Assembly: GCA_964400685.1 (NCBI GenBank)
Contig: CAYNVT010000001.1
Span: 41,845 to 105,844, forward strand
DNA: 64,000 nt
Direction of reading: 5' to 3'
Source: an uncultured Bacteriovoracaceae bacterium
GTDB taxonomy: Bacteria > Desulfobacterota > Desulfomonilia > UBA1062
Shown here: positions 1 through 9,423 of the stretch, piece after piece
Layout: every line of letters starts with the position of its first letter
Numbering within the stretch: position 1 is the stretch's first letter
The notes under the pieces: model-generated
Databases searched by the model: none
Seen by the model: only the letters and a program-made list of their open reading frames with translations
What the model was told of the DNA's origin: nothing
Made by a program: the position numbers and the translations under genes

Positions 1-1
1 C

Positions 2-1663
2 AAACTAATAAGTGACGGCGACACCGCAAGCGTATTCCAGCTTGAATCTTCAGGCATGAGGCAGATGCTTGCACAGCTGAAGCCGACGGTCTTCGAAGAT
101 ATTATCGCGGCGGTGGCCCTCTACCGTCCAGGCCCTATGGATTTCATCCCTGAATATGCCCGCAAAAAGCACGGGAAGGAAAAGGTGGAATATCTCCATC
201 CGCTTGCCGAGCAGATACTTAAGGAAACGTACGGGATCATGGTCTATCAGGAGCAGGTCATGCAGATAGCCCAGGTGGTGGCAGGCTATTCACTGGGCAA
301 AGCAGACCTGCTCAGAAGGGCGATGGGAAAGAAAAAGCCCGAGGAAATGGCGAAACAGGAACACGATTTCGTTGAAGGAGCCAAGAAAAACGGAGTGCCT
401 GAAGACATAGCAAAAAAAATGTTCTCCAGAATGGAGGAATTCGCCAACTACGGATTCAACAAATCACACGCAGCAGCCTATGCTCTGGTAGCATATCAGA
501 CGGCTTATCTGAAATGCCATTTTTTTAAGGAATTCATGGCGGCGAACTTTACGCTGGACCTCAACAACACGGACAAGGTCGTGCAGCATATAGCCGAATG
601 CCGGAGCAAAGGTGTGAAAATTCTTCCTCCGGACATCAATAAAAGCGCATGGGAATTCGTTACAACACAAGAGGGAATTCTTTTCGGTCTTGGCGGCGTA
701 AAGGGTGTGGGCCATAAAGCCGTGGATATAATCATTGAAGAGCGTCAGAAAGGGGCATTCAAAGATGTACGGGACTTCATCAAGAGGAACAGCCTCTCAG
801 GCGTTAACCGCAGGGTGCTTGAAGCGCTGTTGAAGTCAGGCGCCTTTGACAGTCTTCATGCAAACAGAAGGGCTGTTTTTGAATCTCTTGATGCGCTGAT
901 AGAAGACGCACAGAGGCATGCAAAACAGAAAGATGATATGCAGGGTTCTCTTTTCGACCTGATTGAGGAAAATGAGTCTGAAGAGGAACTGAAATTGCCG
1001 GATATACCGGATTGGCCTGACAATGAAAGACTCAAACAGGAAAAAGAGGCCCTGGGATTTTATATATCAGGGCATCCTCTCAATTCATATTCAGAAATCA
1101 TAGAGCGCTATTCGACCGCCAGCACTCTTACGCTTTCCGAGGTAACGGGCAAGACTATCATAGCAGGGATCATCCAGAACCTTAATATAACAAGGACAAA
1201 AAAAGGCGACCCGATGGCAAGGGGTCTGCTTGAGGATCTGCATGGCACTGTCCCAGTGATCTTTTTCCCTAAATGCTATGCCGAATTTCATCAGGCTATA
1301 ACAGGCGAAGGGCCTGTCGTAATAAAGGCGACAGTCGACCGAAGTGAAGATGACAGCGAGGAAGGGACATCCGTCAAAGTTGACCTGAAAGCTGAAGAGG
1401 TTTATCCTGTTGATCAGGCGGACACGGTTTTTGCAAGCCGTGTCGTGGTGAAGCTGTCCGATATGGACAAACAGCAGGATATTAAGGCTGTAAAAAACAG
1501 CATACTTGACTTCAAGGGCAGCTGTCCGGTCAGCTTTCAAATAAAGTCAAACGGGGCAATGGTAATGATCGATGCAGGAAAGGAATATACAGTAGCGCCG
1601 ATAAAGGCTTTTATTGAAAGGATTCAGAGCATACTGGGGCCGTCAAGGGTGGAGATACAGTGA
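2..1663 (+). CDS. dnaE: DNA polymerase III alpha subunit, C-terminal part (5' end lies outside the window)
   Basis: Frame-2 translation from nt 2 reads KLISDGDTASVFQLESSGMRQML..., then GYSLGKADLLRRAMGKKK, and the C-terminal OB-fold region. These are classic DnaE motifs. The frame is open to the window edge. Confidence 0.9.
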   Translation, partial: KLISDGDTASVFQLESSGMRQMLAQLKPTVFEDIIAAVALYRPGPMDFIPEYARKKHGKEKVEYLHPLAEQILKETYGIMVYQEQVMQIAQVVAGYSLGKADLLRRAMGKKKPEEMAKQEHDFVEGAKKNGVPEDIAKKMFSRMEEFANYGFNKSHAAAYALVAYQTAYLKCHFFKEFMAANFTLDLNNTDKVVQHIAECRSKGVKILPPDINKSAWEFVTTQEGILFGLGGVKGVGHKAVDIIIEERQKGAFKDVRDFIKRNSLSGVNRRVLEALLKSGAFDSLHANRRAVFESLDALIEDAQRHAKQKDDMQGSLFDLIEENESEEELKLPDIPDWPDNERLKQEKEALGFYISGHPLNSYSEIIERYSTASTLTLSEVTGKTIIAGIIQNLNITRTKKGDPMARGLLEDLHGTVPVIFFPKCYAEFHQAITGEGPVVIKATVDRSEDDSEEGTSVKVDLKAEEVYPVDQADTVFASRVVVKLSDMDKQQDIKAVKNSILDFKGSCPVSFQIKSNGAMVMIDAGKEYTVAPIKAFIERIQSILGPSRVEIQ

Positions 1664-2607
1664 AGAAAAGCGGTAAATTTACAGACCTGGATAAAGCGCT
1701 TCAGGAATATGACAAGAGTCTGAAAAGAGCGGAAAATGACATTGACGACAAGGCGAAGAAATCGAGCTCGGAGGCCAGGAAACTGGCCAATGACCTGAGA
1801 AAAGACCTTTATTCCGAGATTACCCGATGGGAATGTATTGAAATAGCAAGACATCCTTCAAGGCCGGGGGTTTGTGAATTCATTACCGGCATATTTGACA
1901 GTTTCATGGAACTGCACGGAGACAGAGCCCTTGGCGATGATCCGGCGATTACCGGAGGGCTGGCGTTTCTTGACAGAAATCCGGTTATCGTTATCGGACA
2001 CAAAAAACATTCAACGGGACAGAAAAATTATCTTGAACATCATTTCGGGATGGCTTCTCCGTCCGGGAACAACAAGGCGGCAAGGCTTATGAAACTTGCC
2101 GAAAAATTTTCAAAGCCGATAATCACTTTTGTAGATACACCGGGGGCTTATCCGGATCCTATGGCAGAGGACAGAGGACAGGCATACAGCATCTCAACTT
2201 GTATAAATGCCATTTCAAGTGCCAGAACACCGGTTATTGCCTGCATAATCGGGGAGGCAGGTTCGGGAGGCGCTCTGGCGCTGGGGTTCGGCGACAGGAT
2301 GATTATGCTGGAGAATGCATTTTACAGCGCCATATCACCTGAGGGTTTTGCATCGATCAAGAGGGGTGATGAGACTACAAAGGAAGAAGCAGCCGAAATA
2401 CTTAAAGGCACAGGCCGGGATTTGTATACTCAGGGACTGATAGACTACATAGTTATTGAACCTCTGGGTGGTGCTCATAACGATCCCGAATCGGTGATTA
2501 AGGAAACGGGAAAAGCTATCCGTCAATATATATCTGAACTTAAGGATGCGGATGCCGAAATGCTCATGAAAAAACGTTCCCAGCGCATTGAAGGATTGAT
2601 GCCTTGA
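1660..2607 (+). CDS. accA: acetyl-CoA carboxylase carboxyltransferase alpha subunit
   Basis: 315 aa. Has the AccA-type motif FDSFMELHGDRALGDDPAITGG..FVDTPGAYPD..GEAGSGGALA. The GTG start overlaps the dnaE stop. Confidence 0.9.
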   Translation: MKKSGKFTDLDKALQEYDKSLKRAENDIDDKAKKSSSEARKLANDLRKDLYSEITRWECIEIARHPSRPGVCEFITGIFDSFMELHGDRALGDDPAITGGLAFLDRNPVIVIGHKKHSTGQKNYLEHHFGMASPSGNNKAARLMKLAEKFSKPIITFVDTPGAYPDPMAEDRGQAYSISTCINAISSARTPVIACIIGEAGSGGALALGFGDRMIMLENAFYSAISPEGFASIKRGDETTKEEAAEILKGTGRDLYTQGLIDYIVIEPLGGAHNDPESVIKETGKAIRQYISELKDADAEMLMKKRSQRIEGLMP

Positions 2608-3383
2608 ATATCGAAGCGGCGTATTATGTTATAGTGGCATTTTTCGGGCTCTTTATCGGGAGTTTCCTGAATGTATGCATCTACCGGATTCCGAGAGATC
2701 TTTCGATAGTATGGCCGGGTTCAAAATGTCCTGGCTGTGATACTCCTATCAGAGCATATGACAATATACCTGTTTTAAGCTGGATTATTCTTATGGGAAA
2801 ATGCAGGAAATGCGGGCAGAGGATCTCTGTCAGATACCCTGTTGTTGAGGCGCTGAGCTGTGTTATTTCGATAGTCTTTTTCCACAAGTACGGACTTACT
2901 CCTCAGTTTTTCATATATTATGCCTTCGCATGCGCGTTGATCGTTGTGACCTATATAGACCTCGATTTCCAGATTATTCCAGACAGGATTTCTCTGGGCG
3001 GCATTATTGTCGGGCTTGTTTGCGTATACTGGCTGCCTGTAAGCTATAAAGACTCTCTTATCGGTATGGTATTTGGAGGAGGGATTCTGCTTTCGATAAT
3101 CTATGGTTATTATTTCCTGACAAAAAAGCAGGGTATGGGTGGCGGAGATGTTAAGCTTCTTGCAATGATAGGAGTATTTACAGGATGGCAGGGTGTGCTG
3201 TTTACCCTTTTCGCTGCATCCCTGACCGGTTCAGTCATAGGTGTTGCCTGGGTTTACCTTAATCGCAAGGATATGAAGGCGGCCATTCCGTTCGGACCGT
3301 TTCTATCGATAGGGGCATTGATTTATATTCTATGGGGTCCGCCCATGATAAGCTGGTATTTCGGGGTCATGAGACATCCATAA
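2604..3383 (+). CDS. pilD: prepilin (type IV leader) peptidase, A24 family
   Basis: N-terminal FGLFIGSFLNVCIYRIP, a CPGC..CRKCG zinc motif and a polytopic membrane core with GGGDVKLLA. The start is TTG and overlaps the accA stop. Confidence 0.8.
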   Translation: MNIEAAYYVIVAFFGLFIGSFLNVCIYRIPRDLSIVWPGSKCPGCDTPIRAYDNIPVLSWIILMGKCRKCGQRISVRYPVVEALSCVISIVFFHKYGLTPQFFIYYAFACALIVVTYIDLDFQIIPDRISLGGIIVGLVCVYWLPVSYKDSLIGMVFGGGILLSIIYGYYFLTKKQGMGGGDVKLLAMIGVFTGWQGVLFTLFAASLTGSVIGVAWVYLNRKDMKAAIPFGPFLSIGALIYILWGPPMISWYFGVMRHP

Positions 3384-3818
3384 GATAAGCAGTCATTAAA
3401 TCTTTATTTCAAGTTCCTTCAGCCTTTTCGGTGCTTCAGTCCACATTTCAACTGCCCTCTCATTTTAGTGGTATCCGATGCCAGAGTCACTTGGGCATCC
3501 TGTCTAAAATCGGGCTTTTACCGGAATGTGCTAATGTTGTACAGACAACCTTTTTTATGTTGAAATATGCCATTTATAAGCAATCATTATGTCAGTTCTT
3601 AGAAATCAGCAAATATTACGAAAGATAAGTGAATTACAATAATGTTATCCAACCCGGTTTGTTTTTATGTAAAAGTATTGCTTTTTGATATGCTGCAATT
3701 ATTATTAAATATAAAGTTGAATTATAATAAAATATATATTATAGATATTTAAATTATTTATTAACATATTGGATATTATAAGTTAAACTATCATTTAATA
3801 GCTGGAGGCTTTAATTTA

Positions 3819-3923
3819 ATGTTTATTGTTTATTGGGATGTGAATGTAATATTGAGGCAGGGCGGTTGTTTGTCCAGAATTAATCCAAAGTACAAATCTA
3901 AAAAAATTATTAATAATTTATAG
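3819..3923 (+). CDS. 34-codon upstream small ORF (MFIVYWDVNVILRQGGCLSRINPKYKSKKIINNL); candidate leader peptide
   Basis: GGAGG at 3804-3808 lies 10 nt upstream of the ATG. Its TAG stop (3921-3923) overlaps the GGAGG Shine-Dalgarno of the downstream 629-aa gene. It lies in a very AT-rich tract and is not in the ORF track because it is under 60 aa. Confidence 0.3.
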   Translation: MFIVYWDVNVILRQGGCLSRINPKYKSKKIINNL

Positions 3924-3932
3924 GAGGTAATA

Positions 3933-5822
3933 ATGTTGAGGAGAAGACATGCATTGTATTTGGTAATTGGAATGACACTGTTTTTCATGTCATCAGGCTT
4001 TCTTGGCATGTGCGTCGGTACTGATTACAAACCGGCAACAATCTCCATCACAAGCCCGGTAAAAGGTACAGTAATTGAAACCGGAACGCCTGCCATAATA
4101 ATCTCCGGAAAGGTAACAGCAGGAGACAGTGAGATACAGACGCTGAAGGCCCAGGGAAAGGTGATTGCATTTAATAATACTACCGGGGCTTTTTCTTACC
4201 AGCTTACAATGAATCAGACTAAAATATTTACGACATGTGAATTTACAGTAATTGATAAAAAGGGGATTGCCAATATTGAAAGGGTTTCCTATTCACTCGG
4301 GCAGGCATCCGAACCCGGGTCAGTCGGCGTAATAGACAATGCAATGAGACTGGTATTGACTGATTCTCTTCTCGATCAGGTTGAGATATTTGCAGGTAAC
4401 TTCATGAATACATGGAAAAATGACCTTGTTTATGGATGGGATAATGCCAGATACGGTTCACAGAATCCTGAAAGCCCGTTCGCTTCAATGTCGCCTGTCA
4501 TACCAACAGCAAGAATACCATTCGATGACGGTATGGACGGGTGGATACAGCTGTCACAGGAATACAGCGCATCTCAGGACAAGGGATACATAAACCTGGG
4601 CAAGATTTCCATATCAACCGACATACTGCCCACCAACCAGATAGCAGCCGGAATATTGATTACCCCTGAAAGCTGGGTAAATCCAAGAGGCGGCAGCGCG
4701 AAGGCCTTATTTGTCCAGGGACACTACAGGACTTATCCTCTCGGTATTGAGACAAGAATACACTTTACGGTTTATACGAACCTGGTAAACGTCTCCAACG
4801 TCAAACTGGGGCTTGGCGTCAATTCCAACAATAAGATTGTTGCAAAGCTGGATTTAAGGCAGGCAGATATTGATCTTGGGAATCCAACAATAGAATTTGG
4901 AGTTTTGGATCTGGAAGATGATCTGATTAACTTCGTACTCGACATAGTCAAGTGTCTGGTGCTGGAAAAGCTGGCCATTGAAATGGAGGTTGTCGGCGTA
5001 AATGACATAGCATTCGATCTTCTTGGATTGAACATCAGCGGCTGGCCAATGATGAGCACCGTATTTACAACGCCGACAGCTGATCAGATGATTATTGATC
5101 TGGGCCTGTCCGCCAAGCTTGCTGAAGACACCACACCGGCCGTACCCGACCTCACGGCATTCTACTCAACGCTTCCAAATACTCAGCCTGCTATAAACAT
5201 GACGTCCAGTGAGAATATCGCAGTTGCGATTTCGGATGATCTGATGAACGAGGCGGCCTTTGACCTGATACAACTCGGTATACTGAAAAATATGGACCTT
5301 ACATCTTATGTAAGGGATCTGCTTGGCAATCTTGCTACCGGCAAGACTATCATTGCAAAAGCGACGCTTGTTACTCCTCCTGTATTTGACTTCTCGGGAA
5401 CTGAGGTCATGCCTGATGGCATTACCCAGGTCGGCAGAGTCATAGTCAAAGATCTGTATTTCGATCTTTATTATAAATCATCTCTGCCGCCCTATCCTTA
5501 TGCGGCAAGAATGTGTGTCGATGTCGACCTTGACCTGCAGCTGAAGCTTTCCGATGACGGAAAGCATATACAGGCAATGCTCGATGTTCCTGAAAGCAGC
5601 TTCACCATCAACTACCTGTATACAAACCTGACAAATGCGGCATTGCTGCCTGAAATCGGGGGCAAGCTCACGGTCACGATTCTTGATATCCTCCTTCAGA
5701 AGCTTGTAGACATTGATATCCCGACTATTGACCTCTTCGGTCAGGGCATAGCGATCGGCATATCGGACACGGCACTGGTTAACAACTGCCTTGTTGCAAA
5801 GGTTAATGTGGCGGTTCAGTAG
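3933..5822 (+). CDS. hypothetical secreted protein (signal peptide, possible lipoprotein), no recognisable family
   Basis: 629 aa. A strong RBS (tAGGAGGtaataATG), an N-terminal hydrophobic signal (LYLVIGMTLFFMSSGFLGMC) and a beta-rich composition. It is preceded by ~550 bp of AT-rich DNA and followed by a strong terminator. Confidence 0.6.
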   Translation: MLRRRHALYLVIGMTLFFMSSGFLGMCVGTDYKPATISITSPVKGTVIETGTPAIIISGKVTAGDSEIQTLKAQGKVIAFNNTTGAFSYQLTMNQTKIFTTCEFTVIDKKGIANIERVSYSLGQASEPGSVGVIDNAMRLVLTDSLLDQVEIFAGNFMNTWKNDLVYGWDNARYGSQNPESPFASMSPVIPTARIPFDDGMDGWIQLSQEYSASQDKGYINLGKISISTDILPTNQIAAGILITPESWVNPRGGSAKALFVQGHYRTYPLGIETRIHFTVYTNLVNVSNVKLGLGVNSNNKIVAKLDLRQADIDLGNPTIEFGVLDLEDDLINFVLDIVKCLVLEKLAIEMEVVGVNDIAFDLLGLNISGWPMMSTVFTTPTADQMIIDLGLSAKLAEDTTPAVPDLTAFYSTLPNTQPAINMTSSENIAVAISDDLMNEAAFDLIQLGILKNMDLTSYVRDLLGNLATGKTIIAKATLVTPPVFDFSGTEVMPDGITQVGRVIVKDLYFDLYYKSSLPPYPYAARMCVDVDLDLQLKLSDDGKHIQAMLDVPESSFTINYLYTNLTNAALLPEIGGKLTVTILDILLQKLVDIDIPTIDLFGQGIAIGISDTALVNNCLVAKVNVAVQ

Positions 5823-5843
5823 CTGATATACAGGCAATAGAGC

Positions 5844-5877
5844 AAAAAGGCGTCCGGTAATTGCCGGACGCCTTTTT
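5844..5877. terminator. bidirectional rho-independent terminator
   Basis: aaaaaGGCGTCCGGtaattgCCGGACGCCttttt: a 9-bp GC stem flanked by an A-run and a T-run. It sits between convergent genes; the minus-strand gene's stop codon overlaps the tail. Confidence 0.75.
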
Positions 5878-6769
5878 ATTTTCTGATGGTATCTCTGTTG
5901 ATGATTGTGACCGGGATTGTGACGTCCGATGTTTCAGATAATAATTTCCTGATATCGATGCCGCCGGATACAAGCACTTCAATTCTTATATTTGAAAATA
6001 CCCTGTATATGAATTCCATGCTTTCAAACGGGAGCGTATTCTTGTAGACCGTCTCAAAACGTGATTTCATTTTCGTCAGACCCTTGATAAGCAGCCGTAT
6101 TCTTGAGGCTGCCTCTTCATGATGCAATGATTCAAAAGCCCCTAAAAAAACGAAGTCAGTTCCTTCAAGTATTAGAAAATCGGCAGGGTAAGCTATCCTG
6201 TAAAATTCCTTTATAAACTGATTTTCAATGGGCAGCGGCTTCAGGTTGCGGCTCAGAAGATACTGCTGCAACTCTTCATCGCTGTGGAGCAATCCAAGCA
6301 GTCCATTCGCAGATGTCTTTAATAATGCCTCTTCAATTATTGTCTGTGCAATTGAGTGAAAATTATCAGGATAGTATAATATTGCGGGCAGCGGTGCAAA
6401 TTTTTCTGCCTCATGAACGGCCTTTTCAAGTGGAATAACGATCTTATCAAAAGCGAGCATTATGCCGTATGAAAGGTGAACATCAGCCGATCGCGCGAGA
6501 TTCTTATCAGTAAATACCAGACAGAACCGGGACGAGATGATCTTTGAACAAACCTGTTCACAAAACATTATTTTATCATGATCTGACAGCTCCGGCATAA
6601 CATAGACATTAAGACCCTTTGCCATGAACAGATCGTTGAGGGTGCTTATCTCCATTTCATACTTCACCTTATCAGGTACGGCGATGAACACGTTTTTTTC
6701 GGAGCCTGCGAAATGACCGCAATAGGGTAGATCCAGCATGCAGGATTTTTTTTGTATAGTCTTTTTCAT
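5876..6769 (-). CDS. hypothetical protein; N-terminal region loosely resembles a Rossmann, TIR or nucleoside-deoxyribosyltransferase-like fold (tentative)
   Basis: 297 aa, contiguous with the upstream gene (stop at 6770, start at 6769). No confident family match by eye. Confidence 0.45.
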   Translation of the reverse strand: MKKTIQKKSCMLDLPYCGHFAGSEKNVFIAVPDKVKYEMEISTLNDLFMAKGLNVYVMPELSDHDKIMFCEQVCSKIISSRFCLVFTDKNLARSADVHLSYGIMLAFDKIVIPLEKAVHEAEKFAPLPAILYYPDNFHSIAQTIIEEALLKTSANGLLGLLHSDEELQQYLLSRNLKPLPIENQFIKEFYRIAYPADFLILEGTDFVFLGAFESLHHEEAASRIRLLIKGLTKMKSRFETVYKNTLPFESMEFIYRVFSNIRIEVLVSGGIDIRKLLSETSDVTIPVTIINRDTIRK

Positions 6770-8038
6770 CTATGAAATGCCGTGGCGCTCGATCATATCA
6801 AGGACAAGAGCCGGCCATGTGAACATGTTCGCCCCTTTGCCGATGCCGGTTTCAGGGTCATAGAATTCGTGAAATCCATTGTTGGTAATAAGCCTTGCAG
6901 TCTTTGCGGTTATGGATGATGCGATATCCTTTCTCCCATAAATTGATGCGGCCTCTGCCGCAGCCCAGCTCATGCTTATCCATATGCATGGCCCCCGCCA
7001 GAGCATGGAATCCCTGAACCATTTCAGGTCATGCTCTTTTGCCGAATTGAACTGAACGCCAAAGTCGCAGGCGAAATGCTCAGTTGAATTTATATATCCT
7101 GTGATTACCCTCTCTGCCCGGTCAAATGATACCAGACCAGAAAGCAGAGGCATGATGCCGTTAAGGCAAGATCTGAAAACACAGACAGGTTTGGGTCTCA
7201 TCCATCTCGGGTAATAAAACCCTCTTCTTTCATCCCACAGCAGGTTTTCACAGGCATTGATAACCTCATCCGCCATGCCTTTGCATTTATCTGCATTCGC
7301 TCCATCCCCTGCTGCTGAAAAAAGCCTGGAGACCGCCATTGCCCCTGCCGCAACGAGACCATTCATTCCCGCGTCCTGGAATACGAAAGCCTCTTTTTCA
7401 AGAGCCGTTTTTCCGTTCCAGCCAAGCCGGGCGATTTCTTTAAGCTGCCTTAAATAGGCGAACGAATATCTTAAGAACCATGTCGGCCTTCGTACATCTA
7501 CTCCGCAGGCTTCATCGAAATAAGGCGCCGTATCGGTGCCCGATTCCCAAGGGTGGATTATGCACACCAGATTGTCACCCAAGAGGTCTCTTTCCCTCAT
7601 CAGGTAATCAAGGCATTTGAGCATTGAAGGGAGTAGCTTTAATATTCTTTCATCCCTGGTCCTGTTATAAACAATCTCTGCTGCGATGAGGTATGAAGGC
7701 GGGTCGATAAACCTGCTCCGGCCCGTGCTGTCGAATTGGACAGAGACGGACTTGATAAGAATCTTCCTGAAAAGGGATTCACTATTCCCAAGGCCTTCTA
7801 TTCTGGCCTCGTGCGGTACAAGACCGGTTTTAAGCTGGAAAGAGAAAACCGCTTCCAGTTCTCTCACGGCAAGTTCGGGCTCGATTACCGAAAGCGCAAT
7901 TGCATGCCAGCCTGAATCCCACGCGAAAAACGACTGGTAGGAACCCGGCGCGGGCTGGTGAAACGTTAGGCCCTGCCAGTTGACGAAGTTTTTTTCAAAC
8001 ACGTCCCGGGCCTGCTTTATAAGGTGTTCTTCTGTCAT
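6770..8038 (-). CDS. six-hairpin (alpha/alpha)6 glycoside-hydrolase-like protein (GH63, glycogen-debranching-enzyme (GDE) or mannosylglycerate-hydrolase-like; tentative)
   Basis: 422 aa. The FFAWDSGWHAIAL motif and overall composition are typical of six-hairpin glycosidases. Its start overlaps the stop of the upstream exonuclease gene by 4 nt. Confidence 0.45.
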   Translation of the reverse strand: MTEEHLIKQARDVFEKNFVNWQGLTFHQPAPGSYQSFFAWDSGWHAIALSVIEPELAVRELEAVFSFQLKTGLVPHEARIEGLGNSESLFRKILIKSVSVQFDSTGRSRFIDPPSYLIAAEIVYNRTRDERILKLLPSMLKCLDYLMRERDLLGDNLVCIIHPWESGTDTAPYFDEACGVDVRRPTWFLRYSFAYLRQLKEIARLGWNGKTALEKEAFVFQDAGMNGLVAAGAMAVSRLFSAAGDGANADKCKGMADEVINACENLLWDERRGFYYPRWMRPKPVCVFRSCLNGIMPLLSGLVSFDRAERVITGYINSTEHFACDFGVQFNSAKEHDLKWFRDSMLWRGPCIWISMSWAAAEAASIYGRKDIASSITAKTARLITNNGFHEFYDPETGIGKGANMFTWPALVLDMIERHGIS

Positions 8039-9345
8039 CCCTTAACCCTGTCCGAGCCGATATTCTTCAGAATCAGCCGTTTGCGGCGATGTTCAAAAGA
8101 GGCCTTTTCATCTTCTGTAAGAAGCTCATATCTCAATGCCTGTTCAACGAGGTCAAGCGCCCGTCCGATATCATGGCTCCTGTGCTCACAGAACTTGGCA
8201 AGTTCAATCAGAGCGAATATGTCGCAGCTGTCCGAAGATACTATATCTTCCCACAAACAGACAGCCTCCTGCCATTGTTCGGATTTTTTGTGCATCAGAG
8301 AGAGCATCTTTTTTGCTTCCTTTGCATATGAAAGATCATCGATTCCGGCTATTGATTTAATCATTGCCCTCATAAGTTCATGGTTTCCCTGGTCATTATG
8401 AAGTTTTGCCGCAGCCAGGATATCTCCGGGATGGGCTTTATCAATGCCGTTTCCCGATACCACCTCTGATAGATGGCTGAGCAGCGTCGCCATCGATACG
8501 ATATCGAAGCGGTTGTGCTCGAAGACATCTCCCATGAGCGATGGATTTCGGGTCCTCAGCCAGTCGAAATAACGCTGCGGGATTTCCGAACCCGGAACAT
8601 CGCCGGTCCTCCTGAAACCCAGCACCTCGTCTTCAAGCGTTACCAGCCTGCAGTTGGTTGTGCGGTGCGAAAGAAGCCTGCGTGAGGGATTGAGAAGATC
8701 AAGGTGCGGCATGGATTTCATAGAGTCTTCGAGACGGTTCAATATAAAACGAGCCGAGAGCAGGTTCAAATCAAAGGCCCTGCCGTTGAACGAGACCAGG
8801 AACTTCTTCTCGGCTGCGCTCTCGTTCAGGAAGACGAGCATGGCTTTTTCATCGGAATAGTCCCTGGCGAAAAGCTGGCATGTAATGAAATCATCACCCT
8901 CGAAGAATCCGAGTCCGATCAGGAAAGGCAGCGTCCCGGTACCTCCTGCAAGCCCTGTTGTCTCGGTATCGAAAAAAAGGGCATCGTGAGGGTTGAAGCC
9001 TCCAATTGCAGAATGGCGTGCGAGGATTGAAGCGGCCTGCATGTTAATTTTCAGGCATTCTCTGATAAGTTTGCCGCCGTGCCGCGAATCGGCCCTGAAT
9101 CTGTTCCTGGAAAAAAAGAACTCACCGTGGTTGTTGCTCACGACCTCGCCTGAAAGTGCAGTTTCAATTGGAACTGAAGCTTTCAGCGTCCGGCTCTGAG
9201 GCCTTTGCTGTATCCTGGTGCCCCTGGCCATTATGGCGTCTATTCTACGCCTGAGCTCTTCAAGGCTGGGTTTATTAGCAGCTGCTCCCTGCTTTGATTT
9301 AGGACCTTCACCTGTAAGTCTTTTCAGTCTGTCTATTGTACTCAT
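8035..9345 (-). CDS. mrfB: MrfB (YprB)-like DEDDh 3'-5' exonuclease with C-terminal TPR-like helical domain
   Basis: Exo I FFDTETTGL, Exo II SFNGRAFDLNLL and Exo III FEHNRFDIVSMATL motifs, then an alpha-helical repeat C-terminus. This architecture matches B. subtilis YprB/MrfB. Confidence 0.6.
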   Translation of the reverse strand: MSTIDRLKRLTGEGPKSKQGAAANKPSLEELRRRIDAIMARGTRIQQRPQSRTLKASVPIETALSGEVVSNNHGEFFFSRNRFRADSRHGGKLIRECLKINMQAASILARHSAIGGFNPHDALFFDTETTGLAGGTGTLPFLIGLGFFEGDDFITCQLFARDYSDEKAMLVFLNESAAEKKFLVSFNGRAFDLNLLSARFILNRLEDSMKSMPHLDLLNPSRRLLSHRTTNCRLVTLEDEVLGFRRTGDVPGSEIPQRYFDWLRTRNPSLMGDVFEHNRFDIVSMATLLSHLSEVVSGNGIDKAHPGDILAAAKLHNDQGNHELMRAMIKSIAGIDDLSYAKEAKKMLSLMHKKSEQWQEAVCLWEDIVSSDSCDIFALIELAKFCEHRSHDIGRALDLVEQALRYELLTEDEKASFEHRRKRLILKNIGSDRVKG

Positions 9346-9423
9346 GCGTTAATCAGCGTAGGTCGAACGCTGAGTTATGTCAACAGCCGGGAACATTATC
9401 TAAGAGAGCCCGTCAGTTTATTT

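Noticed and set aside
3431-3628. 65-aa ORF in the AT-rich tract after pilD
   Set aside because: No Shine-Dalgarno sequence, low-complexity composition and a position in a probable promoter or UTR region. It is not supported as coding.
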